A stretch of 64,000 nucleotides of DNA, from assembly GCA_963737265.1 (NCBI GenBank), contig CAVTRY010000011.1, positions 1,088,001 through 1,152,000 of the forward strand, written 5' to 3'. Below the pieces are notes generated by a model. That model was not told the DNA's origin, made no database searches, and was given only the letters and a program-made list of their open reading frames with translations. The stretch is from an uncultured delta proteobacterium. Its GTDB lineage: Bacteria > Myxococcota_A > Polyangia > Fen-1088. The translations under genes and the position numbers were made by a program. Shown here in pieces: positions 1-9,903 of the stretch; positions within the stretch are counted from its first letter, which is position 1, and each line of letters starts with the position of its first letter.

Positions 1-1978
1 GCTCTTGCGCCAGATGGATGAGATCCCAATAGGCCGGATTGTCGCCGTCGTCGCCTTGGGTCCAAAGCGCGCCGACCGGAAAGCGCCTGAGGATGCGAAA
101 CAACCCATTCATGTGGTCGGGATGAGGATGAGACAAGAGCACCAGATCGAGCTTTGTGATTCCACGCGCGCGCAGCACCGGCTCGACGATGCGCGCTCCG
201 GTGTCGAAGTTGCCGTCGTAGTGGCCTCCACCGTCGACCAGAGCGACAAATCCGGCGGGCCCCTCAATCAAAGCCGAGTCGCCCTGCCCGACGTCGATAA
301 AGGTCACGCGCAGATCGTCCCTGGTTCGCCTCGCCACGTCGCGCGCCAGCAGGCTGCCGATGGCGAACGCCGTGGCCAGCGCGCCGATTGCGAGCCAGCG
401 CCTTCGATGGCGGCCGCCAGCGCTCAACCCCTGGAGCAGGCAAGCGGCCGCGCAAACCAGCAGGAGCGTCTCGCACCAATTGGGAAATCGCACCAAAATG
501 ACTGGGGCGAAACGGCGAAAGATATCAGCCAGGGCAAGCGCCACTCGGGCAGCGAACCCCGCCGCGAGCAGGGGCAGCGCGCCCAACCAAGGTCGCGCCA
601 ACGCAAGCAGCGAGCCGACAAGTCCGCACGGCAACACCACCAGCTCGACGATGGGTACCAGGGCAAGATTGCCCATCGGTGCTGCGGGCGTAATTTCGCC
701 GAACTGGTGCGCTACCAGCGGCAGGGTCACAAGGCTAGCGGCGGAACTCGCGGAAAGGGATCGAAAAAGCCAGGCCAACGACCGGCGCCAAGGGCCGGAC
801 CTTCGCGCGAAGTCTGGCGGCAAAAGCCAGCCCGCAAAGAGGCCCAACCCGATGACCGAGGCGAAGGAAAGCTGGAATGAAACATCAAGGAGCGCGAGCG
901 GCGAAAGCACGAGCAGAACGATGGCCGCGGCGGCAATGCTGGCGGAGATAGAGAGCGGGCGATTGATGACAGCCGCGCCGAGGACGATGGACGCCATGAT
1001 CGCGGATCGAACCGTGGCAACAGCCTCGCCGGTGAGAAGCGTGTAGAGCGCGACGGCAGGCAATGACAGCGCCGACGCCAACGCCTTGGGAGGAACACGC
1101 AGGGACCAGGATGGAAAGCGAGCGATGAGCCTGTGCAAGAAATGAAAGACCAGGGCGGCTACGACCGCCAGATGCAGGCCCGAAACCGACAGAACGTGGG
1201 TGGCGCCCGCGGCCCGGAATCCGTCCTCAACCAGAGGCGGCACGTCGGTCCGCTCGCCGACCACCATGGTGCGCACGAAGCCGGCGGCCGGCTCCGTGAG
1301 GCGGCGGTTGATGGCACGGGACATGGCCTGGCGCAGACGAAATGCGCAGCGCCGAAAGCCGGACAAAAAGCTCGCGCGGCCATGAACCCGGCGCAACTCG
1401 ACTGAGGATCGCAGCGAGGCGACGAGGTCGATCCCCTGCGCACGGGCGAGCAGGCGCGAATCCGGCAAGCCAGGATTTGCATAGCCGCGCGGCACGTACA
1501 GACGACTCGAAAACTGAACCGAGTCGCCGGGAGCAACGTCCGGAACTCCGTCGACGACCGTCAGAGCCACCCGCGCAGAGACGGGTCTACCGTCGACCGT
1601 CCGTAAGTCAACCAGCAAGTGGCACCGCTTGGCAGGAGAGTCTCGCTTGCCTCCAGGCGCCTGGGAAGGGTCGGACACCCCAGCTATCGCCGGCTCGTCG
1701 GTGACGTCTGCTCCGCGCACGATCTCGCCGAAGATGTCCGATGGCTTGTCTTCCTCGATAGCGGCGGGTGCCGTTGCGCGCAGAACCTCCTGGCTGCCCA
1801 ATCCGATTCCGCACGCCAAAGCGATGACCGCCAGTCCCGTTGTCCAAGCTCGCCAACGCACGAGGGGAAGCACAGCCAGCACGGCGAACGCGGCCACGAC
1901 CCACGAAGCCGTCCGCCCGGCCGCGACGGCAAACGCGATCCCGCCGGCGAAGGCCGTGGCCCAGAATGCGAGTTGCAT
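1..1978 (-). CDS. comEC: ComEC/Rec2 DNA-uptake competence protein (runs off the window start; absent from the ORF track because no stop is in view)
   Basis: Manual minus-strand translation from ATG 1978: hydrophobic N-terminus, competence motif HVLSVSGLHLA, then metallo-beta-lactamase domain FIDVGQGDSALI...DGGG...SHPHPDHMNGL. Confidence 0.9.
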   Translation of the reverse strand, partial: MQLAFWATAFAGGIAFAVAAGRTASWVVAAFAVLAVLPLVRWRAWTTGLAVIALACGIGLGSQEVLRATAPAAIEEDKPSDIFGEIVRGADVTDEPAIAGVSDPSQAPGGKRDSPAKRCHLLVDLRTVDGRPVSARVALTVVDGVPDVAPGDSVQFSSRLYVPRGYANPGLPDSRLLARAQGIDLVASLRSSVELRRVHGRASFLSGFRRCAFRLRQAMSRAINRRLTEPAAGFVRTMVVGERTDVPPLVEDGFRAAGATHVLSVSGLHLAVVAALVFHFLHRLIARFPSWSLRVPPKALASALSLPAVALYTLLTGEAVATVRSAIMASIVLGAAVINRPLSISASIAAAAIVLLVLSPLALLDVSFQLSFASVIGLGLFAGWLLPPDFARRSGPWRRSLAWLFRSLSASSAASLVTLPLVAHQFGEITPAAPMGNLALVPIVELVVLPCGLVGSLLALARPWLGALPLLAAGFAARVALALADIFRRFAPVILVRFPNWCETLLLVCAAACLLQGLSAGGRHRRRWLAIGALATAFAIGSLLARDVARRTRDDLRVTFIDVGQGDSALIEGPAGFVALVDGGGHYDGNFDTGARIVEPVLRARGITKLDLVLLSHPHPDHMNGLFRILRRFPVGALWTQGDDGDNPAYWDLIHLAQE

Positions 1979-2009
1979 GCTGGGTTTTCGTCAAGAAGAT
2001 CGAAGAAGT

Positions 2010-2043
2010 TGCGAAAAAGCTGCGAAAAGCTGCGAAAAAGCTG
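2010..2043. repeat. short tandem repeat, ~3 copies of TGCGAAAA(A)GC
   Basis: tgcgaaaaagc tgcgaaaagc tgcgaaaaagc tg between the tRNA-Pro 3' end and the comEC start. Confidence 0.7.
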
Positions 2044-2049
2044 TGTCTG

Positions 2050-2123
2050 TCGGGGCGAGAGGATTTGAACCTCCGGCCTTTCGGTCCCGAACCGAACGCG
2101 CTACCAGACTGCGCCACGCCCCG
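2050..2123 (-). tRNA. tRNA-Pro(CGG)
   Basis: Reverse complement CGGGGCGTGGCGCAGTCTGGTAGCGCG-TTCGG-TTCGGGA-CCGAA...GGTTCAAATCC...CGCCCCGA folds as a cloverleaf, anticodon CGG. Confidence 0.95.
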
Positions 2124-2238
2124 ATGTTCCCCCTGCCGCGAAGGCTTTCAGGCCGAAACCCGATTGCCCTCCTACGCCGCCAAGGCGGCGAAAATTATCA
2201 CGAACGGGCTCCACCGCCACAAAAAACGCCAAGCGATG

Positions 2239-2457
2239 CTAATTGCCCTCGCCGTCACCAGCCTTCGCCAACGGTGAAGCATCCAGATCCTCCTCGGCGG
2301 CGGCGTTGCTGATGCGATAGTTCGCATCGAGCCAGCCGCCGAGGTCGATGGTCTTGCACCGGCTCGAACAAAACGGGCGAAACGGCGCTGCCCGGTCGGC
2401 CGCCGGGATTGCGCGCTTGCAGATGGGGCAACGTGGGCCCTGTGGATTCTCCGCCAT
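2239..2457 (-). CDS. yacG: DNA gyrase inhibitor YacG
   Basis: CPIC...FRPFCSSRCKTIDLGGWL zinc-finger signature; start trimmed to ATG 2457. Confidence 0.9.
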   Translation of the reverse strand: MAENPQGPRCPICKRAIPAADRAAPFRPFCSSRCKTIDLGGWLDANYRISNAAAEEDLDASPLAKAGDGEGN

Positions 2458-2518
2458 GGGGAATGTCCTACCACGCCGGCGCGCACCCAAGGCGCTTGCG
2501 TCGTGCTACGGTTGCGCC

Positions 2519-5336
2519 GTGAAATCCGCACTCGCCTTCTGCGCTCTCGCGACCCTGGCCGGTTGTGCTGGGAGTTTCGCGAGCTCTTCGGGCGGGTCGG
2601 CGCAACCAGAGGATGTGGAAGGGAGACCTAAACGCGTGGAATTCAAACTCGATAACGGCCTGGAGGTGGTTCTGGAAGAGAACCACGCGGCACCCGTCGT
2701 GGCTTTTCAGGCTTGGGTAAAGATCGGCTCGGCCGACGAGCCACCCGAGCTGGCTGGCATCGCGCATGTGTTCGAACACATGCTTTTCAAGGGCACGAAG
2801 AAGCGCGGCGTGGGCCAGATCGCTCGCGAGGTGGAGAGCTCGGGCGGCGAAATCAACGCCTGGACCAGTCACGACGAAACCGTCTACCACCTGGTCTTGG
2901 CCAGTCGCTTTTTCGACACGGGCCTCGATATTTTGGCCGACACCCTCATGAATTCCAGCTTCGACGCCGCCGAGCTCGAGCGCGAGCGCAACGTCGTACT
3001 TGAGGAAATCAAGCAAGGCCTCGACGATCCCGAACGGCAGGCCGGCCAGGGGCTTTTCCAAACCGTGTTCGACGTCCACCCCTACGGACGGCCCATCATC
3101 GGCAACGAAGCCACCGTGCGGAAGCTGCGGCGCGACGACATCCTCGCCTTCTTCGCCAAGAATTATGTGGCCAGCAACGTGACGATGGTGGCGGTCGGCG
3201 ATTTTGATGCCACCGCCGCGAAAAAGAAGATAGTGCAGGCATTCGCTGCCATGCCCGAGGGTTCTCGCGTCGGCCCTCGCCCGAGCCAACCCGAGCAAAG
3301 CGCGCTCCGCGTTCAAGCAGCAAGCCGCGACGTCAAAGAGGCGCAGCTCCTGATTGGCTTCCGCACCCCAGCCATCAACCACCCCGACATCGCGGCCCTC
3401 GACCTGCTCGCGGTCTTGCTTGGGCAAGGCGATAGCTCGCGCCTGAATCTGGAGGTCGTACGCAATCGGCAGCTCGCCACCAATACCTCGGCCTACCTGT
3501 TTTCGGCCAGGGATCCCGGTGCCTTGGTCATCGGTGTGAGCTTGTCTCCGTCGCGCATCGAGGACGCCACCCGTGCCGTGCTCGACGAGGTTTTTCGCCT
3601 TACCCAGGAGGAGATCCGGCCCGAGGAACTGGCCAAGGCCAGAACCATCCTGGAAAGCGACCGCGTCTACGACAAGGAAACGGTTCAGGGCTATGCCCGC
3701 AAGCTGGGATTCTTTTCGGCCATCGCCGGCGACGCAAACTTCGAGGAACGCTACCTGGCAGTCCTACAGAAAACCACGGCCGCCGACCTACGTCGGGTCG
3801 CCGCGCAGTATCTGCGGACCGCCAACATGGCCGTCTACGTCCAGGCGCCCGAGCGCAAAGCGAACAAACAGCAGGACAAGGCGGACAGGGTCGCGGCGCG
3901 CGTGCGCGCCGTGGTCGAGGCTGCCCAGGCCCGAGCCAGCGCGCGCTTTGCCCGCGCGACGACGACTGCGCCGGACTCCGATCGCGTGATCCGTCACGTC
4001 TTTCCCTCCGGACTCAAACTGCTCATCCTGCGCGACACCTCGGTGCCCATCGTCGCCCTGCGCGCAACCTGGGTCGGAGGGCTGCGCTACGAAGACGACC
4101 GTTCCAACGGGATTTCCAACATGCTTGCCGCCCTGCTCGCGCGCGGCACCAAGACCCGCAGCGCTGAACAGATCATGAACGAGGTCGAAGGCATGGCGGG
4201 CTCGCTGACTGGGTACGCCGGGCGCAACAGCCTCGGCCTGCAGGCGGAATTCCTGTCCCGCTACTTCGATCGAGGCTTGGATCTCGTGGCTGACTGCCTG
4301 CTCAACGCCACCTTCTCGGAAGATGAGCTGGAAAAAGAACGGCGCATCGTGCTCGACGACATTCGTGCCCAGGAAGACAATCTCGGCCAGGTCGCCTTCA
4401 AGCTATTCCACGCGGCCATGTGGCAGAAGCATCCCTATCGTCTCGATCCCATGGGCAGTGCCGAGTCGATCGCCGGACTCACGCGCCGCAAGCTCATCAA
4501 CCATTACCGCCAGCGCTACAACACGTCGAACCTGACGATCGCGGTGGTGGGCGACGTAGATCCGGCGCGGGTGCGGGCCAAGGTTGCCGCCGTTCTCGGC
4601 GAGGCTCCGGACGGCAAGCTGGAAAAGCCGACGGTGCCGGTCGAGGCCGCGCGCACCGAACCGGTCCAGGTTTTCAAATTCCTGTCCAAGGAACAAGCCC
4701 ACTTCGTGCTCGGTTTCCAAGGCGTCGGCTTTGCCAGCCCGGATCGCTTCCCTTTGGAAGTCCTGGCCTACGCGCTTTCCGGGCAGGGCGGCCGGCTGTT
4801 CACTGAAATCCGCGAAAGGCGCGCCCTCGCTTATCGGGTGAGCGCGTTTTCCATGGAAGGAATCGATCCCGGCTACTTCGCCGTCTACTTCGCCAGCAGC
4901 CCGGACAACCTGGATGAGGCCGTCAAGGTGGTGCGACAAGAGCTTCATGCAGCGGCGGAAAAGGGAATCTCGGCGGACGAGCTAGCGCGTGCCCAGCGCT
5001 ACCTCATCGGCGTGCATGCCATCGGCCTGCAACGCAAGAGCGCTATCGCGGCGGCACTGGCCTTCCACGAGGCCTACGGCCAAGGATGGAAGTCCTACCG
5101 TCAATACGGCGACAACATTATGAAGGTCACGGTGGCGGACGTCGCCCGCGTGGCACATAAGTATCTCGACCCACAGCGCGAGGTCGCCGCGGTCGTCAAG
5201 CCGCCCGCCGAATCGCCGGGTGCAGCGCGCGCCGCGGCCCGCGCCGGTCGGGTTGCGCTGCCGGCGCGAGCAGCCGGCCCAGCGACCAGCGATCGCGTTC
5301 GCAACGATCACGCAGATCGACGAAGACTGGAAGTAG
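2519..5336 (+). CDS. M16 family zinc peptidase (two M16 modules), probable lipoprotein
   Basis: GTG 2519 gives lipobox LAGC; active HVFEH in first module, degenerate second module. As sequenced it reads through into the CPBP gene; probable true stop is TAG 5334-5336 in the +1 frame. Confidence 0.85.
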
Positions 5337-5341
5337 CGCGC

Positions 5342-6050
5342 GTGGCGGTCCAAGAGAACAGTCCGAGGAATCTCCTTACCAGCCTGATCCTGGTCTTTCC
5401 GCTCTTCCTCATCTACCAGATTGGTGTGCTGTTCACGCTGCCCGTGCTCAATGGGGCGGACTTTGTGACCGTACTGCTCTTCAACTCGCTCGGCCTGACC
5501 ATCAAAGGCTATCTGTTGTTTCTTGCCGCCGTGGTCGCTCTTTTCGCGCTCGCGCTGGCGATGCTCGGACGAAAGCAGCACTTCAACGCCAAGGTGTTCC
5601 TGCCGGTTTTGCTCGAAAGCACCGTCTACGCCCTGACCATGGGATCGCTCATCGTCTTGCTGATGACCAAGGTGCTCGGGATCTCTCCCAACCTGGCCGC
5701 TGGGCTGCCGGCGCAAGGGCTGCTGGCCCGCCTCGTGATGTCGCTGGGCGCGGGCGTTTACGAAGAGGTGGTCTTTCGCCTCGGCTTGCTCGGCGGTCTC
5801 ATCGTCGTTTTCGAGAAGGTGGCGCGAATGAACCGCTGGGCAGCCGTCTTGGGCGCCTTTTTTCTGTCGTCAGCGATCTTCTCGGGCGTGCACTGACATT
5901 CCTCCCTACGGAGACACCTTCGGGCTCGGGTCGTTTGTGTTCCGAGGTCTCGCTGGAGTTGTGTTCGGCGTCTTGTTCAGAACCCGCGGCTTCGCGGTTG
6001 CAGTCTACACCCACGCCTTCTACGACATCTTCGTGCTGGCCATCCGCTAG
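5342..6050 (+). CDS. CPBP (CAAX/Abi) family intramembrane glutamic protease, frameshifted at ~5895
   Basis: Motifs EEVVFR and FSGVH; after removing one G (CAC T[G]AC ATT) the frame continues YIPPYGDTF...AVYTHAFYDIFVLAIR* to TAG 6048-6050. Confidence 0.8.
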
Positions 6051-6072
6051 CTAGTTGGGACGGACCCGGGCC

Positions 6073-6966
6073 CTACTTGTGCTTCTTGTGGCCGTGTTTC
6101 TTGCCCGCTGACTTCTTGTCCGATCGCTTCTTCTTCTCGGCGGCCTTCTTTTTCGCCTTGTCGGCCGAAGGTTTCTTGGCCGCCGATTTCTTGTCGCTAG
6201 CCGACTTCTTCGCCTTCTCGGTCGCTGGCTTCTTCTCGGAAACCTTCTTGGTTGCCTTCTCGGCCGCTGGCTTCTTCTCGACCACGGCCTTTTTCTCGAC
6301 GAGCTGCTTTTTGACCAAGGGCTCTTCCTCGGCGGACTCTTCGGCCCGTTCCTCGACCTTCTTGGCCGGTGGCTTCGCTGGCCCAGCGGCGTCCCTGCCG
6401 GCGACCGACTGTTTGGCGGCCGCCTTGTCAGCCTTCTCGGATGCCTTCGAGGTCCCCTTGGTGCCAGTCTTGGTCGGGACCGCTGAGGACGACGGCAGAC
6501 CGTCATCCTCCCTGCCGACCGGTGAACCGGGGATGTCCTTCCGGTTATGCACGAGAATTCGGCGCGCGTCGGTAAAGGTGACCTCTACCTTGCTTTCGGA
6601 AACCACTTCGGACACGAAGCCCTTACCAAACTTGGGATGGAAGACGATGGCGTTCTCGCGGTAGGTGTCGCGGAACTCATATGGCTTGGCGTTCTTTTCG
6701 CCATGCTTGGCGAAGAACTCTTCCCAGGTGAGCTTTTTCAACAGCGCGCGTTTGCGCGCCGCCACCGGCTCGGGGATATCTTCCTCGGCTTCGCCGCGCG
6801 GCTTGCGAAAGGAATGTACATCCCCACAAGGGTTGCATTGCACGCGGCGGATTTCGTCTTCGTATTTGGAGATGACGACATGAGTCGTGTCGGTCTTGCA
6901 TTTCGGGCAGTACGCCTCAACGTCAGACCCAACCTCGTCGACATCATCCTCGAACATGAAGTCCAT
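6073..6966 (-). CDS. hypothetical protein: Zn-ribbon + Tudor/SH3-like segment + Lys/Ala-rich tail
   Basis: CPKC...CNPC, VFHPKFGKGFV...KVEVTF, very basic C-terminal ~70 aa; start set at ATG 6966 (uncertain). Confidence 0.75.
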   Translation of the reverse strand: MDFMFEDDVDEVGSDVEAYCPKCKTDTTHVVISKYEDEIRRVQCNPCGDVHSFRKPRGEAEEDIPEPVAARKRALLKKLTWEEFFAKHGEKNAKPYEFRDTYRENAIVFHPKFGKGFVSEVVSESKVEVTFTDARRILVHNRKDIPGSPVGREDDGLPSSSAVPTKTGTKGTSKASEKADKAAAKQSVAGRDAAGPAKPPAKKVEERAEESAEEEPLVKKQLVEKKAVVEKKPAAEKATKKVSEKKPATEKAKKSASDKKSAAKKPSADKAKKKAAEKKKRSDKKSAGKKHGHKKHK

Positions 6967-7215
6967 GGTTTTAACCTGGTTCTCGATGATTTCGCCTAGT
7001 AACACGTTAGCCCGCTACCTGCAACAAATCCGAATATTTCAGTAAGTGGGGAAAACAGCCAGGAAATGATTATGTTCATTTTGACTGACAAATATCCATA
7101 TTAATTCATTTATTTACGACGTAACAGCAATGTTTCACTTCATCTTCGTCATAGTTGAAGGTGGCCATGGCTTTCGAGTGGCCTGGCAGTGTAGAAAGCG
7201 TGCGCAAACAAACTC

Positions 7216-8046
7216 ATGCGGTATTTTGACGCGAGAATCATAGAAAACCGGTCGCTAGGTGGCGGATATTTTGTGTTGCGTCTAGGGGGCTGCGAGCCGC
7301 TCGCCGCGAGCCGGCCCGGACAATTTATCATGCTGCGTGGCGACTGGGGGAGAGATCCCCTGCTGCCACGCCCCATGTCGCTACTGTCGGTCGCTCCGGA
7401 AGGACGCGCCGACTTGCTGGCCAAGGCGGTCGGAAGGGGAACGACGCTGCTCGATAAATCCACTTCAGGATCGAGAGTGTCGGTGCTCGGTCCGCTGGGA
7501 AATGGCTTCCCCGCCCCGGCGGCTGACGCGCTGGACCTCCTTGTGGCGGGCGGCGTGGGAATGCCGCCGCTTTTCATGCAGGCGGAACACGCGTCCCGGC
7601 GAGGTCTCTCCGACAGATGCGAGATGCTCTATGGCGGCCGAAGCTCCCGCGATCTAGTTTTGCTCGGCGAAATGCGCGCTCTTGGCCTCACAACGCATCT
7701 CGCGACCGAGGACGGTTCGACAGGCCGACGGGGACGGGTGACGGCCTCACTCGAGGCTCGCATCGACTATCATCGTGGCGCTGCACCTCAGCAAAGGCTG
7801 CGGATTATGGCGTGCGGACCGAAGGAAATGTTGTGGGCGGTTGCTCGCATCGCCGAGGGCCACGGAATCGAATGCCACCTTTCGGTGGAGGAGCACATGG
7901 CATGCGGCATAGGCGTCTGCCTTGGCTGTGCGATGCCGTCTCGTTCCCTTCCGTTCCGCTACACCTGCAGTGAGGGCCCGGTGTTCTTGGCATCGGATCT
8001 GGTCATTCCCCAAATCTCCTCCCATTCGCCCGAGGTCACCCGGTGA
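7216..8046 (+). CDS. pyrK: dihydroorotate dehydrogenase electron transfer subunit
   Basis: PGQF, RPMS, AGGVG, EEHMACGIGVCLGC...C [2Fe-2S] motif; overlaps pyrD start. Confidence 0.92.
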   Translation: MRYFDARIIENRSLGGGYFVLRLGGCEPLAASRPGQFIMLRGDWGRDPLLPRPMSLLSVAPEGRADLLAKAVGRGTTLLDKSTSGSRVSVLGPLGNGFPAPAADALDLLVAGGVGMPPLFMQAEHASRRGLSDRCEMLYGGRSSRDLVLLGEMRALGLTTHLATEDGSTGRRGRVTASLEARIDYHRGAAPQQRLRIMACGPKEMLWAVARIAEGHGIECHLSVEEHMACGIGVCLGCAMPSRSLPFRYTCSEGPVFLASDLVIPQISSHSPEVTR

Positions 8047-9002
8047 GTGCGGTGCCAATCGACGACTTGACCGAGGCCAACCGCCCTTCCCTGCGGACGA
8101 CTTGCGGACGGATCGATTTCCTCAACCCAGTTCTTACCGCATCCGGTACCTTCGGGTACGGCAAGGAATTCGACAGCCTGCTTTCCCTCTCGGCCCTCGG
8201 CGGATTGGTGACGAAGGGTATCTCGCCCAACCCTCGCTTCGGCAATCCGACACCACGCATCTGCGAAACAGCGTCGGGAATGCTCAATTCCATCGGCTTG
8301 GAGAACGTCGGCGTGGAGGGCTTTGCCAAGAACAAGCTGCCGTTCCTCCGCACCTGCGGGACCAAGGTCCTGGTGAACTTCTTTGGCACAACCTTCGATG
8401 AATACATCGACTGCGGAGAACGGTTGGGGAAGCTGGACGGAGTCGACGGGTTGGAGATGAATGTCTCCTGTCCCAACATCAAGGCGGGCGGCATCGAGTT
8501 CGGCCGCAAAGCGCAGGTCCTGGGAGATCTGGTCCGCGTCTGCCGCGACGTCATCGCCAAGCCTCTTTGGGTCAAGCTGACGCCGAACACCTCGGACATC
8601 GTGGCGCTCGCCCGAGCCTGTGCCGACAACGGTGCCGACGCCGTCTCCATCATCAACACCATTACCGGTATGGCGATCGACGCACGAACCCGAAGGCCCA
8701 AGCTGGCGACAATCTTCGGCGGCTTGTCCGGCCCGGCCATCAAGCCGGTAGCCCTGCGCATGGTCTACCAAGTCCACCGCGCCGGCATCGGAATTCCAAT
8801 CAGCGGCATCGGCGGAATCCAGAACGGCATCGACGCGATCGAATTCATTTTGGCGGGCGCTAGCACGATCCAGGTGGGAACGCAGAACTTCATCGATCCC
8901 GCCTCGCCCGAGCGCATCGTTCGCGAAATGGAGGAATTCTGCCGCCAAAGCGGGGTTGGTGACGTGCGCGAGCTCGTCGGGGCGCTAAAGCCGGAAGCCT
9001 AG
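8043..9002 (+). CDS. pyrD: dihydroorotate dehydrogenase (class 1B) catalytic subunit
   Basis: ASGTFG, NSIGLEN, NVSCPN, KLTPN, GGLSGPAIKP motifs. Confidence 0.95.
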   Translation: MSAVPIDDLTEANRPSLRTTCGRIDFLNPVLTASGTFGYGKEFDSLLSLSALGGLVTKGISPNPRFGNPTPRICETASGMLNSIGLENVGVEGFAKNKLPFLRTCGTKVLVNFFGTTFDEYIDCGERLGKLDGVDGLEMNVSCPNIKAGGIEFGRKAQVLGDLVRVCRDVIAKPLWVKLTPNTSDIVALARACADNGADAVSIINTITGMAIDARTRRPKLATIFGGLSGPAIKPVALRMVYQVHRAGIGIPISGIGGIQNGIDAIEFILAGASTIQVGTQNFIDPASPERIVREMEEFCRQSGVGDVRELVGALKPEA

Positions 9003-9108
9003 CGAGGCCGGGTGCCAGCAGCTATCCACGCACAGGGTTACTATAAATTCGCGGGCGCGAAATACGCCGGAAATCTTTCGCCGCTAGTCTTCAGGGACCA
9101 ATTCCTGA

Positions 9109-9501
<393 letters not shown>

Positions 9502-9903
9502 GAGCGGATCTCCACGAGTTGGGCCTCCAGGCGGAGTTCGACGGCGCTGCTGGCAGGCGACTGCATCGCCGCCCGGGGCGCTGGCGTGGCCTTGCATTTC
9601 GGGCTTTGTTAGATCGCCGTCCCTGACCTCCGTGTTCCGTGCTGCCACTGGGACGTAGACGGGCACTCGAATGTCGGCTTGCGCGCGAGCCATCCGACCA
9701 GCTCAACGCGCATGATTTTACGTCGACGAAACAAAACTTGTGATGCAGTCGCAACGTTGTCTGCGCTAGATCTTGCCCCTGAAAGGCATCTGCTTGTCGC
9801 GGTGGAGGCCAATTCTTGCGGATTTCTCTACATCGCGTCGGCAGCGGCCACTAGAAGAGAGCCGAGAACAGAGAAAGAACACCAACAAAACTGAGGACAC
9901 CAC

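Noticed and set aside
1979-2123. Integrated element at tRNA-Pro
   Set aside because: No integrase, no duplicated tRNA 3' end, and flanking genes are ordinary chromosomal genes
5891-5897. prfB-like programmed +1 frameshift at CAC-TGA-C
   Set aside because: tRNA-His cannot re-pair in the +1 frame; deleting one G restores the expected H-Y, so a simple insertion is more parsimonious
7053-7080. Possible dif site (TTATGTTCATT resembles the XerD arm)
   Set aside because: No XerC-like arm at the required spacing
9580-9820. sigma54 promoters upstream of GS III (TGGCGTGGCCTTGC; AGGCCAATTCTTGC)
   Set aside because: GG-to-GC spacing is 9 nt instead of the required 10
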